Assembly: GCA_964434145.1 (NCBI GenBank) | Contig: CAYSUG010000002.1 | Coordinates: 1,063 to 65,062, forward strand | Source: an uncultured Christensenella sp. | GTDB taxonomy: Bacteria; Bacillota; Clostridia; Christensenellales; UBA1242 | Direction: 5' to 3' | Length of the DNA stretch: 64,000 nucleotides | Notes under the pieces: generated by a model | Told to the model about the DNA's origin: nothing | Database searches by the model: none | The model's input: only the letters and a program-made list of their open reading frames with translations | Made by a program: the position numbers and the translations under genes | In this document: one piece after another, positions 57,160-64,000 of the stretch | Position numbering within the stretch: the stretch's first letter is position 1 | Layout of the letters: the number at the start of each line of letters is the position of its first letter

Positions 57160-59649
57160 ATGAAAGTCATTTTGAAAAACGCACATTCAGTGCTTCAAAA
57201 AGGCAATCAACATTTCAAGAGAAAAAAATCTTATGCTCAGCAGAGTATGGATTTTTTTGCCAAAAATATGGTCAAAGACCTTCCTTTTATGTCCAGATAT
57301 GTGACAACAAAGTATAACAAATATCTACTAACCAAACATCGAGACAAGTTCCTTAGGATCAAAAATTTTCTCAATTTCAAGATTACAGAAAAAGATGATC
57401 TTTCCAATGCCTTTGACAAACTTAACTTCATTAGGCTAAAAATAATGCTAATAGAACGGGACATTACTGCATATAGAAATGCACTCAAGCTTGGCTTTGA
57501 CTCCAAAGACTCTAACATGGTGCTGCAAAAGAAAATTAGACATAAGTATGCCAAATTAAGAAAATTTGATACATATCAGAATCTTAGCTTGGGCGTAATA
57601 TATGACAAGAGCATCTTGGGTGACAAGATAGCAGCATATACGGATGCCGCAAATAACAATAGAGAGAAGATAACAGAGAAATACGACTCTATGCCAATGC
57701 TAAATAGTATGCAGAGAGAATTTATATTCAATATCATTGCCACCCGACAGCCAGAGGATAAAATATTCGAGGATAATGTATCTATAGAAGTTTTTAGAAG
57801 GTTATTAACCAAGAATCCAGAGTATCAGAAATCTCTAAGTAATATAGACACATTCACCAATTATTATCTTGCAGCCCACCCAGGGTCTCTTAGCAAGGAA
57901 TTCGTCCAATTCAAGGCACTGCACGCCAAATCTAACATTAACACTATTGTCAAAGCTTATCTGGATATGTATGCTAAGAAATATGTCGGCACCTCTGCCG
58001 AGACACTTAATGCTATCCAGCAAGAACTATTCGCGTCATTCACATACAATGACTTTAAGAGTAGCGAGATATTTGCAGCTATGGACAGGGCCCTTTCACT
58101 TAACGATATATTACTGAAAGCAAAAATCAATTTTGCAAAAATGGAAATGTGCAATGAGTTGGAATATTGCCTAGACTTGCCAGAAATTAACAATTATTTC
58201 AAGATAATAGAGGCAAAGGATAGAATCAAGAACTATATCGTATCCAATGAGAGACTATTTGTCGAGCGTATAGAGAAGGAATTCCCTGAGATCAAATCTA
58301 CAGAATTCATCTATATGTATAACAAGGTCAGGTCCACCCTACAACAATATAGGCTAGACATAATTGAGACCGAACAATATTTTGTACGCGATTATATCAA
58401 TGCAGTCATGGATAACGAGTTCGACGACGCTGATGACGAAGATAATATCAATGCCACATTGGACGATATCTCTCTTGGCATCTATAAGAATCCTACTGCA
58501 ATTAACGCCAAGCACGCATTTGATACATACATCAAGCTGATAACGCAGTTCAATTATATCAAGACAGCTAAAAACGCTGAGTTTGAAGAAATGCTAGAGG
58601 ACAGTAAGTTATTCCATGGTGTATTAGTTACAAAGAAATTGAAGCCAATATTGCCTCTGGACATCCAGTCCAAGATCATTAGCCTGCCATACGAGGCACA
58701 AGTCAATCTAGCAAAAAACTACAGAAATACAACAACATTAGATATGCTGGACCAGTTCGATATTACACCTATTGGAGACCTAAAATTAGGCGATGACGTT
58801 TTGCAGTTTGGCACAATGTCCTCCGCATCAGTATCTAGACTGTCAATGATTATGGCCAGCGCAAAGTTAGAAGACTATATCACCATTGCCAAGGATGTCA
58901 AGGGACTGAAGAATGAGATCAACTTAGCAGAATACATGATTGGCGGCATAGAAGAGGATCTACACAACTCAATTGCCTCAACAATTATTCCTAGACAGCA
59001 ACCAACCATCCCAGACTCTGACGAAGACAATGATGACGAAAACGAGACTATAGAAGAGGCTGATAGCATAGAAGCTAGCAATGAGGACGATAATACTCAG
59101 ATAGACGAAGTAGTTAATTACAAGAAAGCTAAGAAATATATAGATATCATTGCCAAAGAGAAGAATGAAAAAGAAAGAACAAGAATGCTGCTAGCATTGC
59201 AGAAAAGAATTAATGCCACTAGCATTAGACTGCAAGATGTCCAGATAGACAACCTAAATGAGACACTGAATCCAATGAACCTTGCCCTTCGTACCCCTGC
59301 TAATTATGTAGTGCATTTGATAGAGAAATATAAGTCAGACAAAAGAGATATTAATTCTCTTCAAGTAGGATTGAAGCTAAGAATCAGAACAGGCAATCTG
59401 GTACTAACCGACGAGGAGATAAACACTATTAACGACGACTACAATCTATCTCTGATACAGCGGGTAAAACCAAGAGTCGCTAGGTCTATTGCCATCCTTG
59501 CCCAGTCTTACAAATGCACCGGCACCTTAAGCGATACTGCAAAGGAAAAATTGGCCCACACGGATGCCCTTGTTCGGAACACATTGAAGAAAAAGAGCAC
59601 AAAGCTCGTTCCTCTAGATATGATATTATTCAATATCTTGAATGAATAA
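57160..59649 (+). CDS. Large alpha-helical hypothetical protein with an acidic insert
   Basis: 829-aa ORF with SD AAAGGAAA. No TM, Walker or other motif recognised. Acidic tract: DSDEDNDDENETIEEADSIEASNEDDN. Confidence 0.5.
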   Translation: MKVILKNAHSVLQKGNQHFKRKKSYAQQSMDFFAKNMVKDLPFMSRYVTTKYNKYLLTKHRDKFLRIKNFLNFKITEKDDLSNAFDKLNFIRLKIMLIERDITAYRNALKLGFDSKDSNMVLQKKIRHKYAKLRKFDTYQNLSLGVIYDKSILGDKIAAYTDAANNNREKITEKYDSMPMLNSMQREFIFNIIATRQPEDKIFEDNVSIEVFRRLLTKNPEYQKSLSNIDTFTNYYLAAHPGSLSKEFVQFKALHAKSNINTIVKAYLDMYAKKYVGTSAETLNAIQQELFASFTYNDFKSSEIFAAMDRALSLNDILLKAKINFAKMEMCNELEYCLDLPEINNYFKIIEAKDRIKNYIVSNERLFVERIEKEFPEIKSTEFIYMYNKVRSTLQQYRLDIIETEQYFVRDYINAVMDNEFDDADDEDNINATLDDISLGIYKNPTAINAKHAFDTYIKLITQFNYIKTAKNAEFEEMLEDSKLFHGVLVTKKLKPILPLDIQSKIISLPYEAQVNLAKNYRNTTTLDMLDQFDITPIGDLKLGDDVLQFGTMSSASVSRLSMIMASAKLEDYITIAKDVKGLKNEINLAEYMIGGIEEDLHNSIASTIIPRQQPTIPDSDEDNDDENETIEEADSIEASNEDDNTQIDEVVNYKKAKKYIDIIAKEKNEKERTRMLLALQKRINATSIRLQDVQIDNLNETLNPMNLALRTPANYVVHLIEKYKSDKRDINSLQVGLKLRIRTGNLVLTDEEINTINDDYNLSLIQRVKPRVARSIAILAQSYKCTGTLSDTAKEKLAHTDALVRNTLKKKSTKLVPLDMILFNILNE

Positions 59650-59677
59650 ATTTTTGCATATTTTTTGCACTAAGCTA

Positions 59678-59706
59678 TTGAAAAATGCAAGACAATACGA
59701 TATAAT
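59678..59706 (+). promoter_or_regulatory. Promoter of the 188/85-aa gene pair
   Basis: TTGAAA - 17 nt - TATAAT, 85 nt upstream of the ATG at 59792. Confidence 0.55.
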
Positions 59707-59791
59707 ATATGTAGGAATATGCATTTGTTGCATAGCCAGCGTATTGTCTAATATTAGTAGATTATAACCAAATAGAAAAAAAGGACAATAC

Positions 59792-60358
59792 ATGAATATA
59801 GAATACACTTATTTATCCAAGGCAGACTTCTCACCCAGCGGCAATGTCCAGAACGACCTGTACCAAGTAATCAAGCTAGAACTAGGATACTACTTCGAAG
59901 ATAGATACGAAGAATCAATGGATCGTTATGCTATGGCGACCACTATGGCAGAGCTAAATCAATTGGAGAATGAATCTCAAGTCATTAGACGGGTTAAGAC
60001 CCCATTGAAGGACAAAAAGATTGCAAATTTGCAAGAATATATCTCTGCCAAGAGAGACAATCTAAAGGACGGATTCTCCTCACCAAAAGATCGTAATCAG
60101 TTATCGGTCGCAGTAGATATACTAGAGAAATGCAACAAAAATATCTTGCAGTTAGTATATAATATTTGCCAAGAGATAAAGGAAGGTATTATCAAGAAAT
60201 CCAATAATGATAGTTATCAGCTAATCGATCTATATTACTCTAAGCATTTGAGCAAAAAATTTGGCAGCTTTGCAGAGTTTGTAGATAGTTGTAACCAGTA
60301 TTTGGAGAAATCTATTAATTTGGTCTATGGAGGACATAATTATGGCAAAAAACACTAA
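59792..60358 (+). CDS. Hypothetical protein
   Basis: 188-aa ORF with SD AAAGGA, helical, with no motif recognised. Confidence 0.5.
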   Translation: MNIEYTYLSKADFSPSGNVQNDLYQVIKLELGYYFEDRYEESMDRYAMATTMAELNQLENESQVIRRVKTPLKDKKIANLQEYISAKRDNLKDGFSSPKDRNQLSVAVDILEKCNKNILQLVYNICQEIKEGIIKKSNNDSYQLIDLYYSKHLSKKFGSFAEFVDSCNQYLEKSINLVYGGHNYGKKH

Positions 60359-60584
60359 TGTATTCAAGTTCGACATTATCGAGAGAACTATTGCAGAGCT
60401 AGATTTTACAACAAAAGAAGAGGTCGTTAGACTATCAGAGATTATGAAGGATGTCGCTGCTAAGAAGGATTATTCTGACGCTGTGAAGAAGGCATTTGCC
60501 GACGCATATAACGAACTAAAATCTGACGACTTTACTCTAGAGAATTTGAAAGAAATCAAGAAATTAATCAAGATTGAAGATTAA
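60342..60584 (+). CDS. Small hypothetical protein
   Basis: 80 aa counted from the ATG at 60342 (SD GGAGGA 8 nt upstream). It overlaps the upstream gene end by 17 nt. Confidence 0.45.
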   Translation: MAKNTNVFKFDIIERTIAELDFTTKEEVVRLSEIMKDVAAKKDYSDAVKKAFADAYNELKSDDFTLENLKEIKKLIKIED

Positions 60585-60593
60585 TATCATACC

Positions 60594-60640
60594 AAAAAAA
60601 GACTTTGAGCATAACTATTATTTGCTCAAAGTCTTTTTTT
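60594..60640. terminator. Bidirectional intrinsic terminator
   Basis: A7-AGACTTTGAGCA…TGCTCAAAGTCT-T7 lies between convergent genes. Confidence 0.75.
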
Positions 60641-60646
60641 ACACTT

Positions 60647-61540
60647 TTATTGGTACTTTCCACACCATTCACATTTGTTGCTATCATATAACATCTGTAC
60701 GCCGCAATGCCTACAATATATCTTGCCAGAATTGGCTTTGTTTGCAGATTTTCTTGCATCTCGCATCTCTATAGTATTCTCTTCTCTCTTAGTTGCAAAT
60801 ATATCGTCACCCTCTTCTATGCAAGAGTTATCACAATCGCTTTGAACCTGCCTACTATTGCTTAATTCTCGCTCGAAATTTTCTCTAAATTCTGCATTCT
60901 TCTTAGCTTCCCCGCGCCTCTGATCCATAATGGATACTGCTATCATTACAGCTAAGCTAATGAAGAATCCTACAGCAACAACCAAAGCAATTGTCGCGTT
61001 GACAGATTCATCCAACGCCTCGTATTCTTGTAGCCAAGTCGCAATCTCTTCCTCACTAGCGTGCTTGCAAGTATACTGAATACCCTCATAGCCCACTTTG
61101 TAATACACTACATTAGACACCTCTACACTAACCACATCATCTATACTAGAGAATGTAGGATATGTAGAGAACTCATACCTATCGTCCTCGTTCCAAATCG
61201 ACTCATAACTAGGAAATTTTACATCTGTGTGATGCTCAGAATACGTTACACCATTTTTTACATAACTAATATCTACATCTGCCAAAAAATCGAATTGTGA
61301 CATAGACGATGTAGCATCAAAGGCGTTGTACACGTCTAATTTCAGACTAACCCAATCGCCAAGAGTTGTGGTGGTCATTTCTTCTATCTCATAGCTGCAA
61401 TCCACATAATATATATCAGAATGCAACCTAGCATATTCGTCACTCTCTTCTGTAGAGCCACTGCCTGTCATGGCCACTACTATCAAAGCAACCAACATTA
61501 CAAAGAAGATTATAGTTGTTATAATTTTCGCTTTTTTCAT
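60647..61540 (-). CDS. Membrane protein with C-terminal zinc-ribbon
   Basis: 297 aa with an N-terminal TM, a second TM (ALVVAVGFFISLAVMIAVSIM), and the C-terminal CRHCGVQMLYDSNKCEWCG (CxxC…CxxC). Confidence 0.5.
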   Translation of the reverse strand: MKKAKIITTIIFFVMLVALIVVAMTGSGSTEESDEYARLHSDIYYVDCSYEIEEMTTTTLGDWVSLKLDVYNAFDATSSMSQFDFLADVDISYVKNGVTYSEHHTDVKFPSYESIWNEDDRYEFSTYPTFSSIDDVVSVEVSNVVYYKVGYEGIQYTCKHASEEEIATWLQEYEALDESVNATIALVVAVGFFISLAVMIAVSIMDQRRGEAKKNAEFRENFERELSNSRQVQSDCDNSCIEEGDDIFATKREENTIEMRDARKSANKANSGKIYCRHCGVQMLYDSNKCEWCGKYQ

Positions 61541-61564
61541 TCTTCTATTTTCTCCAGCACAGTA

Positions 61565-62812
61565 TTAGACTTCGTAATTAGTCTCGATTACAACTTTTAC
61601 AATATTCTTCTTGCCTTTCTTCAATATCAAGAACCCTTCTGACATATCATCCGTTGTCACCTCTTGCTTGATATTTGTAACCTTCTCGTTATTTAGCATA
61701 ACTCCGCCTTGCTCTATCATCCTTCTAGCATCACTCTTAGACGCACATAGCGATGTATTGACCAGCAAGTCTGTAATAGCCACATATACCATATCATGAG
61801 GCAATTCTACCTCTGGAGCATTGGACATATCTGAACCACTGAATACATCTTGTGCTTGCTTTAACGCAGCATCAGCATCTTCCTTGCCATGCACTAGCTT
61901 GGTCACCTCGTACGCCATTCTCTTCTTTGCCTCTCTGATGTCGCCTTGCATTATATCTTTAATTTCATCCATAGGCACATATGTTAAGAATCTGAAAAAT
62001 TTCTCCACATCCTTATCGTCTACATTGTAGAAATATTGATAGAATTCATATGGCGTAGTCTTCGTCTTATCTACCCACAGAGCACCCTTCTCCGTCTTGC
62101 CCATTTTCTTGCCTTCATAGTTGGTTAGTAGTGGATGAGTAAATGCCTCGTATGTCTCTTCTGATCCATTAACAAGGGCTAATTTTCTACCCAAATCCGC
62201 ACCTGCTACAATGTTTGCCCATTGGTCACTACCACCGAACTCTAATACGCATCCGTGGTCCTCGTGCAGCCTAACGAAGTCATATGCTTGCATTAGCATA
62301 TATCCCATCTCGAAGAATGTCAATCCGCCTTGCTCTAACCTCCTTGTATACGCATCACAAGCCAACATTTTATTAACATTGAAATGCACACCAATATCTC
62401 TCATGAAGTTAATGTAATCATATCCATGGAACCAATCCGCGTTATTAACAAACATCACTGGGTTGTCTCCGTCTACTTTTAAAAATTTTGCTACAATAGC
62501 CTCTATCTTAGACCTATTCCTATTAACAAAATCACTATCAACCATTTTTCTCATATCAGTCTTGCCAGATGGATCACCAATCATAGCAGTAGCACCGCCC
62601 AAGACTATAATAATCTTGTGTCCAGCGTCTTGCAAGTACTTGGCAATAATCAATGGGAAACAATGCCCAATGTGCAGACTCTCTGCAGTAGGGTCTATAC
62701 CCACATACATCGCCCTTGATTCACCATTCAATATCTTTCTTACATTCTCATCATCGGTTGTCTGATATATATATCCTCTCTCTACCAATGTCTCGTATAA
62801 TTTGTTATTCAT
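61565..62812 (-). CDS. tyrS: Tyrosine--tRNA ligase
   Basis: HIGH motif (SLHIGHCFPL), KMSKS variant (KKMGKT) and a C-terminal S4 domain (SKSDARRMIEQGGVMLNNEKV). A T-box leader lies upstream. Confidence 0.95.
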   Translation of the reverse strand: MNNKLYETLVERGYIYQTTDDENVRKILNGESRAMYVGIDPTAESLHIGHCFPLIIAKYLQDAGHKIIIVLGGATAMIGDPSGKTDMRKMVDSDFVNRNRSKIEAIVAKFLKVDGDNPVMFVNNADWFHGYDYINFMRDIGVHFNVNKMLACDAYTRRLEQGGLTFFEMGYMLMQAYDFVRLHEDHGCVLEFGGSDQWANIVAGADLGRKLALVNGSEETYEAFTHPLLTNYEGKKMGKTEKGALWVDKTKTTPYEFYQYFYNVDDKDVEKFFRFLTYVPMDEIKDIMQGDIREAKKRMAYEVTKLVHGKEDADAALKQAQDVFSGSDMSNAPEVELPHDMVYVAITDLLVNTSLCASKSDARRMIEQGGVMLNNEKVTNIKQEVTTDDMSEGFLILKKGKKNIVKVVIETNYEV

Positions 62813-62827
62813 CGCTTTTCCCTCTCC

Positions 62828-63050
62828 TTTTTTACAAAAAAATCCTCATATATTTGACATCAAATACATAAGGACGACATGACTCGTGGTACCACCTTAC
62901 TTCGCTAAAATATTTTTTAGCCTCATATATTTTGCTATTGGTCAAAATATTCAAAACTCCCAAACTCGCTCCAAAAGTGTAATTCAATAACCCGACTCAG
63001 AAGCTTTGCACCTACCAGCTCCTCTCTAAGTATCATATTGCCAAATAATC
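62828..63050 (-). promoter_or_regulatory. T-box riboswitch leader (Tyr specifier candidate UAC)
   Basis: The minus strand contains the AGAGAGGAGCUGG stem-I element and a candidate specifier, GAAUUACAC (UAC followed by A). It also has the T-box sequence AAGGUGGUACCACGAG (plus-strand 62881-62898) and a terminator hairpin followed by U7 just before the SD. Confidence 0.85.
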
Positions 63051-63083
63051 TACTAATCTTTCTTCCTTGCTAATTATGCCTAG

Positions 63084-63112
63084 ATTGTACAGTAAATATT
63101 ATAAATTGTCAA
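63084..63112 (-). promoter_or_regulatory. Consensus sigma-A promoter of the T-box/tyrS unit
   Basis: Minus strand reads TTGACA - 17 nt - TACAAT. Confidence 0.65.
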
Positions 63113-63171
63113 TATTTTTTGACATTAATAATTAAACTAAATATATAAACCTAAATAAAGTATTGTTAACT

Positions 63172-63206
63172 AAAAAAAACACTGGCATTAGTTAAATAAC
63201 CAGTGT
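63172..63206 (-). terminator. Rho-independent terminator
   Basis: Minus-strand hairpin ACACTGG…CCAGTGT followed by T8, 18 nt after the stop at 63224. Confidence 0.7.
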
Positions 63207-63223
63207 CTATTATCTTATTGTTC

Positions 63224-64000
63224 TTAATAATTATTGATATATTCAATAACACCATCTGCTTCTGTCTTTGTAATCTTACCATATTCAAAAGTAACTGTAT
63301 TTTCTTCTACATAGTCATACGTTTCATCACTCAATCCATACTCAGCATGTTTGTTGATAATACATTCAATCAAATTATTGTTCTGGTCGAAAACTGTTGT
63401 AATCATATTAAATTCTTTTCCACTTTCGGAACTATGTATAGATACTATGGTTGCCATACCTTCTTCTGAACGTTCAGCACTAACCATATCATTGCTTGTA
63501 ATACTAAGGAGTGGACCTAATGAGAATGGTCCTAATAATGTGTTATCTATTAAATCTCTATATATACTGTAGTCTTTCTCAGTTTTTATCTCTCTTATTT
63601 CGGTATACTCATTATACGTACCGTAACAAACCGCACCGTAACCATCGTAACCATCGACTTGTGAATAATACAATAATTTATCATCATTTGTCTTGTACAA
63701 TTTTACTATTCCACCTTGTTTTTGAGGATAATATGGGCATCCATTCATTGATGCATACATTGTCACATTATGCACATCCGGATGCATTACCTTAAATTTC
63801 ATCATTGCTAACTTAATCATATTGTACGCATCCTCATTGGACATCTCTCCAGATTTACTCAACGCCTCAGTCAACTTCGCAATCTCTTCATTCTTTTGCT
63901 CTAACAAATCTAGATATTCACTCATTTGGGCATTATGTTTTGCGTTTTGAGTCTGTATCTCATCTTTTAATTCTTCTAGCGTTAGCTCTGATTTAGTCGC
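63224..64000 (-). CDS. Hypothetical protein (5' end outside the window)
   Basis: The ORF track gives 63224..63925. The frame stays open upstream to the window edge (…ATKSELTLEELKDEIQTQNAKHNAQ-MSEY…), so the true start may lie beyond 64000. Confidence 0.45.
   Translation of the reverse strand, partial: ATKSELTLEELKDEIQTQNAKHNAQMSEYLDLLEQKNEEIAKLTEALSKSGEMSNEDAYNMIKLAMMKFKVMHPDVHNVTMYASMNGCPYYPQKQGGIVKLYKTNDDKLLYYSQVDGYDGYGAVCYGTYNEYTEIREIKTEKDYSIYRDLIDNTLLGPFSLGPLLSITSNDMVSAERSEEGMATIVSIHSSESGKEFNMITTVFDQNNNLIECIINKHAEYGLSDETYDYVEENTVTFEYGKITKTEADGVIEYINNY

Overview
AT-rich (about one-third G+C by eye) chromosomal segment from an endospore-forming Firmicute. This is supported by a cwlD-like amidase, sleB-ypeB, spoIIR and a T-box-controlled tyrS. 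The standard genetic code applies, since TGA is used as a stop. Layout: (1) 1-12.6 kb holds a tightly packed minus-strand phage-like operon. It runs sigma-like regulator, terminase large subunit, portal, scaffold, major capsid, adaptor, two large tail-like proteins, then two holin-type genes. I see no integrase, replication, lysogeny, tail-tube, tape-measure or endolysin genes. (2) 11.2-16.1 kb holds two membrane-anchored SH3b proteins, one of them antisense inside the phage cluster, and an orphan gene. A phased TTGT-motif array lies between divergent promoters. (3) 17.0-19.2 kb holds two translationally coupled paralogous HExxH proteins with their own consensus promoter, preceded by a 100-nt, 65% G+C structured element. 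(4) 19.4-47.3 kb is one uninterrupted 27,903-nt ORF (9,300 aa, roughly 1 MDa). It encodes a lipobox-anchored protein with at least 7 concatenated GLUG/beta-helix-type modules, near-identical internal repeats and a Cys/His-rich C-terminal tail. This is the most unusual object in the window. (5) 47.5-64 kb is mostly housekeeping: germination and sporulation genes, HAD hydrolase, ZIP and CaCA transporters, HD proteins and tyrS. It also contains an XRE-HTH gene paired with a RelA/SpoT-like HD-TGS gene whose synthetase domain looks degenerate, and an orphan 829/188/85-aa gene set. All functional calls come from reading motifs by eye. No database search was run.
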